Source of the DNA: Vicugna vicugna | Lineage: Eukaryota | NCBI GenBank assembly: GCA_013265495.1 | Contig: MU057744.1 | Coordinates: 62,001 to 126,000, forward strand | Length of the DNA stretch: 64,000 nucleotides | Direction of reading: 5' to 3' | Shown: positions 24,175 through 37,369 of the stretch, in pieces | How the letters are laid out: each line of letters opens with the position of its first letter | Position numbering within the stretch: the stretch's first letter is position 1 | Made by a program: the position numbers and the translations under genes | Notes under the pieces: generated by a model | Database searches by the model: none | Told to the model about the DNA's origin: nothing | Seen by the model: the letters and a program-made list of their open reading frames with translations, nothing else

Positions 24175-25659
24175 ATAAGTACTTTCTATTTATTGATGCC
24201 ACTGCGTTTTCTCCCTGCAAGGGGCTAAGCAGCGTTATACTGATGTCCGTGCTGAGGGCCCCAGGATTTGTTTGCAGAGAACCTAGCTCCCTCCCCGCGG
24301 TGGGTTCTCACGAGCTCTCAAGGGCGGGGACTGAGTCCTGGTGGGGCACCTTTGTAGATCTGGGCTGAGCAGGGTGCGGGCTTAACAGGTGCTCAGTATC
24401 ACCGGGCAGGAGGGAGTGACTGAGTGTGTACAGGTAGAGAGAAAAGCAGTCGAGTCGGTAGAGAGCTGGTCTGGGAGGAAGGCTGCAGCCACCGGAGAGA
24501 CCCCTCTAGGCGAGGGCAGTCAGCAGAAGGTGGCCACTGCCTGGAGCCACCTGAATGGCAGAAGGCCAGTGTCTGCAGAGGAACTTGGCACAAAACCCGT
24601 GGCATGTTGTATGACCAGTTCATAGGGATCTTGCTAAGAGAAGAAAACTGAGGACCCAGGAAGTGTCCGCAAGGCTGGTCCTGGTTAGTAAGTCCTGACA
24701 GGAGTGACACCAGCTTCAGGATCAAGTCAGTTCGGGTGTTACTCAGGAGCACCCCCACCAGGTATCACAGAGGCCGACAGCGGTGCTGGGCCCGAGTCCC
24801 CTCGAGATGTGCATGTCCTTCACACGCTGCCCGCTGTGTCCTGGGGGGCACTCCTGGGTGCCAGGACGTCCTGGGTGCTGATGTGACTGCTGGCTTGTGC
24901 CACGGCTAACACAACGGGTGGCTGCAAGTGTATTCACTCCTGCATCTGCAGCAACCGGGGAGGGAGACCTGCCTGCTCTCCCGGGCCCCCCACCCAGCCC
25001 AAATCCCATTCCTTCCTACTCCCACCCAATCCCCGCCACCCACTCCCACCCCACCCCACCCTCTCCCAGGAGCTGCCGACAAACACTCTGCATCAAAACA
25101 GAGCCCACCCCACAGCCTCCACGTTGCGGCCCCATCGCGTGTCCAACCTTAGACATCCCAAAAGACGCAATCACGGCCCTCAGCCATCGCCCCAATAAAG
25201 CAACACAGCTGATCACGTCGTCAGCCATTTCCAGCTGAAGCCACACCCTGTCCAGCGCATCGGCCTCCGGGGCCGACTCCGCGCATGCGCCGGGCACCCA
25301 CCACCCGCGTGCTCGCGGCGGAGACCGAGCGCAGGTGCTGCCCGGCGGGAAGGGCGCTCTGTCGTGGCCCCCGAGGGTCACAGAGCACCCCGTTGTCCCA
25401 TCAAAGCTTCGCTTCCTTCAGCAAACTGAAGCTCTGGGAGGTTCAGAGTCAGTACACGTTAAAGCCAAATCCAGCTCAGGGCTTCTGACCAAAAAAGGAA
25501 ACGTGAGCACAGCCAACCACCTAGAAAGGGAGAGCAGGGCTCTGCGATGTCTCCTGGGACCCCGCCAGGTTCTTCTCTTTGAATGTTATTAGCTGTCAAG
25601 AGGCCTAAGGACCAGGACCAAGGGTTTTCTTTCTTTGTACTTTCCTAGAATACTGAAGG

Positions 25660-26930
25660 TCTCAATTCAACACATTTATTGAGAATCTACACATTCCATG
25701 TTGTGCTAGAAGTCAGGCTGTGCATAGACTGCTGGTGTCCTCAGGATGGTTCCAGTCCAGGGAATAAGAAGAGCCAGGAAGCAAACAATGACAAAAGAGT
25801 CATGGGGGAAATGAGAGAGGCCTCTGCGAGGTCCAGAGGAGTGCGACTGACTCTTCCTCTGGGAAGAAGTTGTCTTTGGAGGAAGCTGTGGTGATACAGA
25901 GTGAGGGTTTTGCAGGTTGAGTAGGAGTTTGTCAGGCAGTTGAGAAATGGGGAATTATCCCTGGTGAAGGGAACCATATTTGTCAAGGCCATGGGCATGA
26001 GCGGCATGCAGACACTGGAGAATACAAGTTGCCCAGTACTTCTAGATCCCAGCGTGACCAGAAATGAGGCCGGAGGTATGAACAGGGTCCAGGTTATGGA
26101 GCCAGCTTTGTATGCCATGCTGAGAGCTTGGATGTGATCCACGACTCAGCAGCAGTCACACAAGTGTCTCGACGAGCATACATGGTCAGATTCCCACCTT
26201 CAATGTTCACTCTATTCACAGTCTGGAGAGAGTGTCAAAGGAGAAGCAAGGAAACAATAGACAGGCTACTGATAGTCCTGGAAGAGAGACATGGGCCCAG
26301 GCTGGGGCCTCTGACTGCTGATGGGAGGCGACTCAGGAGGCAGGCCAGTAAGAAAGTAAGCTCCACTGAGTCGGCAGTAGAATGGGGAGAGGAGGCAGAG
26401 GTGAGGACGATGTCCAGGTTTCCTGTCTTGCACACCTGGATGAATTGTGCCCCCCCCAATTGATGTGTGAAATCCCAGCAGACAAGCTGACATACAGAGA
26501 AGCAAGGGGAGTTCATTCCTCACCATCCTGAGTGTGAGATCTCTGTAGGACCGTCCTAGGGGGAAAGGGGGTGCCTCATGCCCCTGGAAATGTGAGCATG
26601 GAAAATTGCAGAGTCCCAGGCAAGCCACCTTAGCAAGAGTGCTTTCCATGGTCTGGTGGAGGAGTCCTGAGTAAGTGAGGGCCAGGGTGTAGACTAGTCC
26701 CGAGAGAGTGTAGCTAAAGGTGAAGAGAAGAAACAGCAAGATTCCGCAGGGTCATGGAATACTTCCTTAGAATAAGAGAGGGCCAGAGGGAGTGAGGGAT
26801 AGGGCCAGGACACATGCAGATGGGGGCCAGGGCCGTGAACAGGAAAGGGCAGCTCGTCCTCAATTCCTGGAATGAACAGGAGACAGGTGTGTGAGGGCAG
26901 ACATCACTGGTAGGTTGGGACAAAGAGGGA
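25660..26930 (-). mobile_element. Degenerate L2 LINE
   Basis: Begins ATTCAACACATTTATTGAG (reverse complement of the L2 3' end), followed by purine-rich L2 body text. Confidence 0.6.
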
Positions 26931-27044
26931 CAGGGCACAAGAAATTAAGAACTCTGTGTTCTTCTTTTTAAAAAAAAAAATGGGTTAATGAAAAAGTTAT
27001 TTAGGTAATCAGGTTACATTTTTTTAATGACCAGGTGATAGCAA

Positions 27045-27425
27045 TGATCACACTAAGTCAGTAAGACAGAAAAAGACAAATGTCATGTGATATCACTTGT
27101 ATGTGAAACCTTAAAGAATGGCACAAATGAATGAATTTACAAAACAGAGACAGACTCACAGACATAGAAAACAAATGTATGGTTACCAAAGGGGAAGATA
27201 AATTAGGAGTTTGGGATAGTAGATACAAACTACTATATGTAAAATTAATAAACAGCAAGGTCCTACTGTATAGAACAGGGAGTTATACTCAATATCCTGT
27301 AATCTTCTATAATGAAAAAGAATATGACAAAGTATATATAGATGTGTGTGTGTGTGTGTGTATAACTGAATCACTATGCTGTACACCGGAAAGTAACACA
27401 ACATTGTAAATCAACTATACTTTGA
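27045..27425 (+). mobile_element. Young L1 3' end with internal (TG)9
   Basis: CACTAAGTCAGTAAGACAGAAAAAGACAAATGTCATGTGATATCACTTGT...ACAACATTGTAAATCAACTATACT. Confidence 0.85.
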
Positions 27426-29254
27426 TTTATATAAGTAAGGGCCGGGTAAGAGACTCTTTAGAAAGATGAGCTAATTCGCAGTGCAGCGTGGTCATGTCAC
27501 TCCTTATGGTGTGCACATAACATTCGTTACACACAAAACGCCATGGAGGAAAAAGTCCTCTTGGATCTGGCAACGCTGAATTATTTTACCAAGATTCCTT
27601 AAAACCATAAAAACAATAGGTTCCAGCAGATAAAACCACTACCTGTCGAATGCCATGTAGACTTCAGCTACTCCTACTCAGAATAACCAACGTCTACAAA
27701 AACATAACATAAATTTCTGCTCAGCTGAGAGAAAGGCTGTCTGTCTCGGTGTCTGCTCTTTCAAACACCTCCAAACTCGAGAACGGAACACAAGCTTCAA
27801 CTTCCCAAAGGAGAAGCATCTCCCATTCATGCCTCTGGAGACAAGTTTGAGGGCATCTGAAGACTTTGATGTGCAGAGGAATTTCAAGCTTGAAAGAACA
27901 AGAGGCGAGAAGAAATAAACATTTCCAGTACTTTAAAGACCCAAGGCACCAAACCGCTCATTTAACCAAGTGGAGACACACAAAATCATTGCTATGTAGG
28001 TTGAATCCAAAGTGGGTCGCCATGGCTACGGGCTTTTAAACCATCACTCGCTGTGACCAGGATTTCTACAGAAGGGGTGAGGTGTGTGAGTGGCTGTCGG
28101 GGCCACATCCGTCAATGATGCAGGCGCTATATACAGACGTGGGCCCCACCACCCTGGCTTCACACCCGACAAATTACGAGGGAGTTACCGCATCCACCAC
28201 ACGGGGCGCTGTGAGAGGTAAAGGACGTGGTCCAGGGCGGAGCAAGGCAGCCCCTCCCGCTGCCCGAGAAGAGGTCGCACCTCCCAGCGCGCATCGCTTG
28301 GGCAGGAGAGAGGGCTCCAGGGGAGGGGGCGGAGCACCAAGCGAACCCCCCGGAGGGAAACCCAGCCCTTCAGCGAGTCACGCAGGAGTCCTGCTTTCTG
28401 TGCCCGAAGAGTTTTGGGGATCAAATCAGGGTCTCCAGGCAGGCTTTGACTTGGGCTCCAGGATCTCACTGTTTAATTGCCGCATCCTCTTGGCAGGATA
28501 ACGGGGGGTGGGGAGAGGAAAGGAAAAAGATTCGGGGGAAGGAGGCCACGGATGCCGCAGCAGGCGGGGAGCCCAAGGGCGCAGTGTGGCGTGGGCACCC
28601 GGGGAGCGGGGGACAGGCACCGTCCGGGCAGAGCTGAGGACTTGAGTGTCCAAAAGAGACACAGTCTTCCCCTCCCAAAGGTTTTTCGGTACATCTTGAA
28701 TTCAAAGGAAGGGTTTGGACGCACAAGAGACGGTTCCATCCCGGGAACACGCGACCCGCCGAGCGCCGATGGGGCGGGGCCGGGGGCCGGTTCCCACATA
28801 CCCGCAGTCCCTAGGCACAGAGCGCCCGGCTCTGAGTCAGAGGAAGGGCATTACAGTACTATGAGCAGCTCCTCCTCCACCACCAAAACAAGCCGTGCCT
28901 TTCTCTTTCCCACGTCCCTGGGCCAAGACGCAGGTGTGGCCACCTATTGCAGCAGGTTGACGTTAATGAAAAACACATTCCTGGGCTCCTGGATTCTATT
29001 AACACGTGTAGTTTCTGAGGCTGAATTACCCCTGACCTCCCAGACGGTCCCTGTTCACACGTGCACACAACCTACTCACCCATCAGATAGCCACCTAGCC
29101 CTCGGCACGGGTTCCCAGCTCAGCCCCAGGGGGAGACTTGCGGGAGCACACAGGCTGCCCATGCGGGCTCGGGAGGGCACCTACGAGCCTCCTGGGGGCA
29201 CTGGCTGGGCACCTGCTCATGTGAGCCCGCCCACCTCCGGGTCGGCCACTTGCT

Positions 29255-29570
29255 TGTATTCATTCAGTCAGTCAGTCAGTCAGGCAGTAGGTGGTCTGGC
29301 TCTCTCCCAGGTGCTGAGGCTGTAACAGGAGGACAACCACAGTCCTAGCCCCGAGGGAGCTGCCCTTTTTGGTGAGACGTCAGAAGCAAGCAAACAAATG
29401 AAGGCGCATGTTTGGGGTAGTGACAAGTGCCGGGAGACCACCAAGACGGGGTGTGGGGGTGGTGAGGATTATAGATGAGGGAGGCCTCTCTGAAGAATGG
29501 CAACGGAGCCGAAGGCTGAGTCATGACCTGCAAGGACGTTTCGGCCCTGGTCCCTGAGCAGGAGAGCCCC
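29255..29570 (-). mobile_element. L2 fragment
   Basis: Starts ATTCATTCAGTCAGTCAG; contains GAGGGAGGCCTCTCTGAAGA L2-like text. Confidence 0.45.
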
Positions 29571-32500
29571 AAAGGAAGCTATGTCACCAGTGTGGGCCAC
29601 AAGGCCCAGGCACTCTCCTGGCTCATCAAGCACAGGCCCAGAACATGGGCAGTGTCCAGGCCTCCATCCCAGGTCTGGGCCCCAGACACAGCCCCCCAGC
29701 CCCCATCTCCGAGGCACAGCATGTTCATGGACTGGACGGCAGTGGAGGTGGGACACTCTGGACTCCCTCCCTCACAAACAGCAAGAGAGCAAGGCCTGCT
29801 AAACTAGGAAGAGCGGTCATCTCTGGGAGGACACTGACAGCCCACAGTTGACCTGATCTCCCCAGGTGACAGTGGAGGGTCACAGGATCCAAAAGATGCC
29901 CCACGTCGTATTTGGTCCCTTCCTGGAAGAGGGGCCAATTCAGGTATGGCCAGGGTCACCAGGGCTCCGGGCTCCTGGGCCTGGCTGCCTTGTGCGTCCT
30001 CCTTTCCAGAAGCTCCCCTTCTCCCCGCCGCACGGGAAAGGTGCCAGCCCGCTCCGCAGCTCCCCTGGGGAGCAGCATACCTCCCTTCTGAAGGTCGCAG
30101 CTCTGCGTGCTTCCTGGGGTGACGAGTGACCTTGGTTCACTCTGGTGAAGTCATGGCTTTCGATCTCAACCTCCTCGTCCGTCGGCCACATTGCAACACA
30201 GCCATCTGGAGAGAAGAGCTGGTTCCCAGGAGCTGGCTCAGGGAATTTCAAATGCCTCTCAGGCTGGGCTCACCCAGCTCACAGTCCCACAGTCCCACAA
30301 AGGACAGAACCATCTTGGCCTGCTGCCACCGAAGGTGCAGCAACAGCAGGGCCTCGGAGAGGTTCTAACTCCCAGCTCTCCCTTTGCTGTGTTACTTTAG
30401 ACAAATGACTCAACCTCTCTGAGCTGCTGCATCAGCAGCAGCATGTGCGCTGGGGGGAGACTCAAATGCGAAAATAGGCAGGAAAGCACACTGGGGGCTC
30501 TACAGCAGCGCATGTGTGATAGGAATTCTGTCCGGTTGAAGAATGGATCCTAATAGGCTCGAAACTCAAGACTTCTGAGTTTTCTCCCTGTGGTGTTCTT
30601 GAGGCATGAGAACCGATACCCCTGAATCCACCTCCGTGTTTTTAGTATATCAGCAAGCACACTTCCTGGGTAAGATCCAACTTACAAACCCCATGCCACG
30701 TTGTAAAACTTTATGATGAGATGTTAGGAAATTCCCATAGATGTAAATATTATGATACATCCTTTGCTCTGAAATAATTTGTTGGAAAACAAGAACTGGA
30801 ACTTTCATTGCACTCCTGGCTATGAGTTGACCCAGCAATGAGGTACAGTAGGTGGGCCCAAGATGGGCTGGGGCAGTTTTCTCTGAAGCAAGTCTTTTTG
30901 TAGCTTCCAGTTTACACGACAGAAGATGAAGGGACAAGTTCTTCAAAGCTATGTGCCAAGTCAGTGGTACAAGGGACCCCAGCCCTCCAGCCTGGGTACC
31001 CCTCCCTGGTCAATGACTCTTGCTGCTCACTGACACCCATGCTCTTCAAATGCCTCTTCTGAGAAGAAACTGCGAATCCTTGAGCATTCCATTTTATCAA
31101 CCGAGAGAGGCAAGATGTGGGTCCGTCTTCCCCTACAGGTAATAAGATCAACTTACTTATGATGCCCAAGGACAAATGACCAAGGATGTGGCTGTGAATG
31201 GAGGTGGGCTGGACAGGAAAGGACTAGCAGGTGGGGTCGGCAGAAGCTCATCACGTCATCTGCACCAGTCTTGGCTGGTCTCAGACCTGCCCCAGCTCAG
31301 AAAACGGAAGTCTGATCCTCTTTGAAAAATATGGGGTACGAGCCCTGGGAGGCTCTGGTGAATTCAAAACCAGCAGCAGTAGGACCCCCCACCCTTCTTC
31401 TCCAGGGTCTCAGGGGGAGTTTAAGAAACACTGATGTCCGAGCCCACGTGCAGCCCTGGAAGAAGGCATCTCAAATTCCCCGAGTCCACGACCATCTTCA
31501 TTTCCCTCTCCACGTTCTCCCCCCACAGCCTCCAGTCAAGCAAATGCTCAGAAGTCATCCTGAATTCCTTCCTCCTTTAAGCCCTACATCCAGTCCTCTG
31601 GAGAAACGTGTCCGGGCTACCTCGCCAAGAAACCCTGGATCAGTCCTGCCCCGCCTTGCCTGGCCCTGCGGCCAACGACGCAGCCCCTGCTCACCCCAGA
31701 CATCAGCTCTTGCAGGGTCCCTCCCCCTAACCTTTGAACAGGCCACCCTCATTCCCACAGCTTCCTCCCCATCATTTGCGATTAGCTGACATAGACACCT
31801 CTCTGCTCCCCTATCTAAAGTCGGTCCTCCTCTCCCACCCTCCCCTCCTGCCAATCTCTGTTACATGATGCACTTTTTAATTTTACTCTTCATTTGATGG
31901 GTTGATGATCTGTCTCCAGCGAGCTCAGTAAGGCCAGGGGCTGTGTCTGGTACAGCACCCTGACACGTTCCAAGGGCCCCAGTGGCCAGTGGCAACACCC
32001 CAGACCACAGGGCTGTGGCTGAGTTCCTGGTGTGGCTGCTGAGGCCTGTCAGTTCTGCGGGTGAAGCCCTGAGCTTCATCCAACCCTGGCCTTCTTCTCT
32101 GAGGGGCCACCTCTCTGCCTCCAGGACAGGGTGATAGGCTGAGTTCAGCGGCTCTGGCCCAAGAGCCAGGCAGAGATCCCAGTGGAAAGATCCCAGGCCC
32201 CCACGCCCCAGAGCCCCAGGCGGGAGAGCACCCTTCTCCCTTCCTTGGCCTCCCCACCTGGCCAGGAAGGCTTTGCAATTTCCCCATCTATAAGACGGGG
32301 ACAAAGAATGCTTTGTCACTCCACCTACTTCTCACGGCTGTTATGAAACAACTGTTTGCTTGGAAAACACTTTGAGCAACTTGGGTAAAGGTGCCTGTGG
32401 CTCAGATGACGCCTGCTGTATTCGATCCAGGCCAGGGAGGGCCGTGCCAAGCCGTCATCCGGTCACCCGCCCGAGGGCTGGGAGGCGGGCTGGTGTCACC

Positions 32501-35500
32501 AAGCCTGCTGGCCGTGCTGTAGTCCCAGAATACGCTCACGAGGTGTGTGTGCATTCCTGGGACCGCCTGATCCACTGATTTCAGCAGAATATGAGCTCTT
32601 CGTGGGCCTAGACAAGGGCGACCGAGCACCCAGGCTGCCCTTTTCTCAGGAAGGAGAGCTGGGGGTTACCCGGGGATAACCTCCCTGAGCTCATGTGGGG
32701 TGGGGCGGTGGCCTCCATGCCAACCTTGCAGGGAACAAAAGGATGCTGCCTTGGCCCTTGGCCTGGGAGAGGGGGGCAAATCTCAACCTGCAGCCACTCA
32801 GCTGCCCCTCACCGGCAGCGGCAGCAGCAGCCATGGCCACCTGTCACCATGACAACCGTCCTTGGCAACCATCACTCTGCCCCTAGCCCTGACTAGGCAT
32901 TTCCCCAAGCAGCCTGAGGTAGATGCTGGAGAAAGGCCGTGGTGATGGCAGTGCAAGGGGCAGCGGGCACATCTGCCTGCAAGCCAGCAGTCCAGTCCAG
33001 CCTTGGCTTCCGCCTGGATGCTGGACTCAGCCCCACCAGGGCTCTCTCCCCATGTCAGCCACCTGGGGGCTGCCGCTTCCCTAAAGCAGGAGGCGAGGCA
33101 TTTAGCAGACAGTGAACAACAGACAGCATGTATGTTTAATTATAACTCTCCCGGATAGGAAGGGCTGGCTATATACAGTATGTCTGCCTGTTACTAATTA
33201 TATTTATTTTCAAACGATGGGGGATTGGGGCGGCGGTGGGGGGGATCTTCTGAAGATGAGTCAGAAAAAAAACCCTTCGGCGTTATGAAAGCAGTGGAAC
33301 GTCTCCCAAGGGTGTCTGTAACGTGTGGCTGTCAGTGGAAAACCTGAGCCGGGCCAGCCACACCGGTGAACACCTCGAGGGGCTCTGCTGGCCCCACATC
33401 CCTGCAAGCTGGCACCAGAGCTGCTGGAAGGCCTTCTCCCTCCCGGACAGAGCCGGCGCTGGAGAGGAAGGTCCTCTCCCTGCAAAGACAGGGCCATTCA
33501 GTATCTGCTGTCACCTACACTGGGAGGCAGCGTTCCAGCTGAAACCCAGCAAAGGTTTATACACCGTCAAAGGAACAGCATTCCGACCAGATGGCTGAAA
33601 TGAAAAAGCTTCATCTTCAATCCACATACAGCCCATGATGTTATTAGTAACAACGCCTCCAACACCTAGAAACCCAAAATAGTCACCCCCACGGCCAGCA
33701 GAAGCTTTCTACACTTTGGAGGCGGTCAGATCACTGCGCTGTCTCGTTTCAGCCGGACGCAGGCCTCACACACGTGTGCACTCACCTCCGCGTCCGCGTG
33801 TGTTCAGGGGGCCATTCATGGGCCCGTCACACCCTCCTCGCCCAAGGCTCTGGCTGGCCCCGGCCCCTCCCCACGTACACACCGTGGGGTGAGGCGCCAC
33901 AGGGGCCCAGCGACACATCCGCCCAGGAGAGCCGTTCAAAGCCACGGTGTTCAGAGCCGGTTTTCCAATAATTGTTTTAAATAGTCACACTTGTTTGTTT
34001 ACTTTCTTCCAGGAAAGCAGCACTGTATGGGAAAAGGAGGGGAAGAGGGGGAAATGTGAGTTCATTTCCTGAGTCTTTTAAACATTTCTCTGTAGTCAGA
34101 GCGCTGGAAAGCTGTGGCCAGAGGGCTGAGCGGGCTCAGGGCTGAAGCCCACGCGGCGTGCAGAGCCGTGCTTGGCCCCTCACGTGCTCTCTATGGGACA
34201 TCCGCTGGGAGACAGGGTTCAGCAACCAGGCGGCGTGGGAGGCCCTGGGAGAGCAGGACCCCGGCAAAGTCTTTAAGTCCAGCTCTTTAGGGCACGCGTC
34301 TCCCTGATTTGTCCAGGCAAGTTTGAATGATTCGATTGGTTTATCCCAAGGAGAAGGCAGAAAGTGGATCTAGTGACAGATAAAGGTACCCAGGAGTCCT
34401 GGGAGCCGCCAACACTCGTCGGGGGGCTGTCACAGGTGCCATCTTCCCTGTCCCTCCGGGCAAACCCACGGAGCAGCGGCACCGTGCCCGTTCCGCAGGG
34501 AAGGCTCTGGAAGTTACGTGGCAAATCCGAGGCCCCCCACCCTCTCCCCAAGACTAAGCCCTCTTTCCTGAGTGGCTCTCCTAGCCCCCGTCCCCTCTCC
34601 TTCAGTGCTGCAGTCGGCATCATGTGCAAAAGGCACTGTGGGGGGAAGGGGCCCCTGTCCATCTGTCCATCAGCCCCACTAGGATGGAAACTCCACAAGG
34701 CCCGGGGCTGGCCTCCTCGCCGGGGATCCGCGGGGCCGGCACGGAGCCGTGAAGTGAGCCCAGGCGCTCTGCCGTGCGTATTTGGTGGAGGAGTGAAGGA
34801 ACGAACGAATGAACAAAAACCTCCTGTCCGAAAGGAGGGAAGAAGGCCCCAGAGAGACGCATGGCAACACTGAGCATGCGCCCGTGACCAGCTGGTTCAT
34901 TTTGAAACCAGCAGCAAGAGCATCACCCGCAGCAGCACTGAGACCCGTGGCCAGGAGGGCCTGGGGCAGACCTGCCCTTCCTCTCAAGCTTCTGGGCAGC
35001 AGATGGGTGCTGGCACCCTGGTGGCGGAAGGACATTCTGGACCTGGCAGAGCTGTGCTTTATCATGACAATGGAATCAGACCCATCGGTCCCGCCAGAAA
35101 GTCCCTGAGGGGCTCCGGGATTGAAGCAGTGATCTAGCTTTCAGAGCAATGGTCCAGGTTCCCATTTACACCAAGATTACAACCAGGCTCCAAGTGCAGG
35201 GGCGTGGCCCCTGAGAAAGCCCCCCCTTCACCCACCTCGTGTCCCCCACCCTCTCTTCCAAGACCCCAAGGTGGCTTCAGGGACAGTCAGACTGAAGAGA
35301 AGAAAAAAGGACAGAAGGGCACGCAGAAGATGGTGACTGCACGAGGGAGGGGACCCTCCCCTCCGCCGCGCCTCCGTGACAGCTGGTTTGGTGTCTTGTC
35401 TGTTATCCCGGTTTTCTGCACAGGCACCTGTGAGTGCTGACTGGGTCCCTGGCCTTACCTTGGACACCAGCCCTGCAGGGAAACACACGCCCTGTCCTCG

Positions 35501-36186
35501 AAGGCTCCCAGCCCAGCGGTGATGCCCAGCAGGCAAACCCCAGCGCAGCCCACCTCGGTGCGCACAGAGACCAGCCTGGGTCTGCGCCCCTGGGCCTGCA
35601 GCTCCTCCAGGGAGATGTGAGCGCACTGGACAGTCCCAGCCTCAAACCACCAATCCCTCCCCTTCGCCTCTTAATTTCTGATTCTGCTGGGTTGACATTT
35701 AGGAGACAGTGAATCCAGCCATTTTCTAAGACAGAGAAAAGTGGAGAACTCATAATGAATCAGCCCTAATGAGACCACACTCCTCTCCCAGGTCACACAA
35801 AGTGAATGTGGAAAAGTCTCCTTTCCTCTCCTAGGTGGCCCTTTGGAGCCAGGGTGGACGTGACAACTAGGAGCCAAGAGCCAGGGCCGCCTCGTGGGCA
35901 CGATGTGTTAACACTGCTGAGAAGACCCGAGACTCGGGGATGGGCTGACAAGGTCTTCCTCCCACCACCAGCTCTCCCAGAGGCTATTTGGCTCCAGCGT
36001 ATCATATGACTTGTTCTTAGAGTTACATTTTAACTGACAAAGTTTAACAACAACTATGACTTATGGCCTTCTAAAATTGGCAGCAGAAAAATGAACTGAG
36101 GAAGTAATGGAAAAAAACTACATGTGAAGTCACTCTGTACAATGCACAATTTCTGTTGCGTGGTGTTTTTTTTTTCCCTTTCCAAG

Positions 36187-36188
<2 letters not shown>

Positions 36189-36226
<38 letters not shown>
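36189..36226. repeat. (TG)19 microsatellite
   Basis: Perfect dinucleotide run read directly from the sequence. Confidence 0.97.
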
Positions 36227-36232
<6 letters not shown>

Positions 36233-37369
36233 AATGGTAGAAAATATTTTCCAGATACACTGCCCTGGCGTTCCCAAGCCCATATTTATGCCAAGTTTAT
36301 AAAAAGCAGCTGCAGACAGGGTTGACTGAAAGGATCGCTCTGCTGTCTGGCTTCCAGAAGGTGCTCAGTCCTCACTCTGCCACCAAGACACAGACTTACC
36401 TCCTAAAACTCTCCAGCCTTCTGCGTCGTGCCCCAAAGGAGGACAAGCGCAGGGGGGCAGCGTGACCCGGAGGGACCCGCGGCCCTGGCTGTGCTAAGCC
36501 CTCACGTCACACTTTTGATTTGCAAGGTGCTTTGTAGCATGTGCGTTATCATTTTTAGTCATTTGAAATGCGCCTGCAGACACGAAAAGGAAAGGGTTCC
36601 AAGGTGCATTTCGCAAATATCGGGATGGCTCAGGGGGGCCAGAGAGACGGGAGGCAAGCCAGTATCAGTTTCTGAATTGCTTGGAGCAGATGGTGCAGCC
36701 GCTGTGGGTAAGCCTGTGTCAGACCGCCTGCGTCTCCCAGCTGTGGGTCAGCAAGGCGGCCCTTTGCACTGGCCTGAGGCTCTCCAAGCCCCTCAGTGGT
36801 CTCACCACTGCTGCCCGACAAGCTCCAGCCTCCACTGGACCGCGGAAGGACATGGTCCTGGGATATCCTGAACCCAAACCCGGGCTCTCCCTGGCCTGGG
36901 GCCGCGCCTCCACCACCTCCCTCCCCCACCGCGGCCTTAATGGGCCCAGTAATAACCTGCTCCGTAGCTTTCCTGGGGGTGACTAATTGGTTAATCCCAG
37001 GAAGGCCCTTTGAAGATGAAAAGCTGGGTATTACTCATGGGGTTGAAGGCAGGCACCTGCCCCGTCGGGGCCTGAGTCAGCAGAGCGTGACTGTCCACCT
37101 GCGGGCGGGCTGGGCGAGCTGGCCCGGGGCCACGCTCAAGGTCAGGGTCGGCCAGCCGGAGGGGTGTGGCGGGCACACCTCCGCAGCCTGTGGGCGCTGG
37201 CCTCTCAGAGTTTGGGAACCGGGTCCCATGTGCACTTGCCCGTGGAAACAGCCTTCAAACAGCTCTGGCAAGAGGGCAGCACACGGCGCGAATACTAGTG
37301 GAGGCAGTGTTTCCCGCTTTTCTCACAGCAAATTCCTTCCCAGGTCTCCTTCCGGTGGACAGCCCCGGG

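Noticed and set aside
28477..29325. Longest ORF in the window (282 aa)
   Set aside because: Low-complexity GC-driven composition, no recognisable homology, and its end runs into an L2 fragment.
35290..35335. KKKGQK stretch reminiscent of the RBM34 C-terminus
   Set aside because: Only a few low-complexity residues match; the flanks show no similarity or exon structure.
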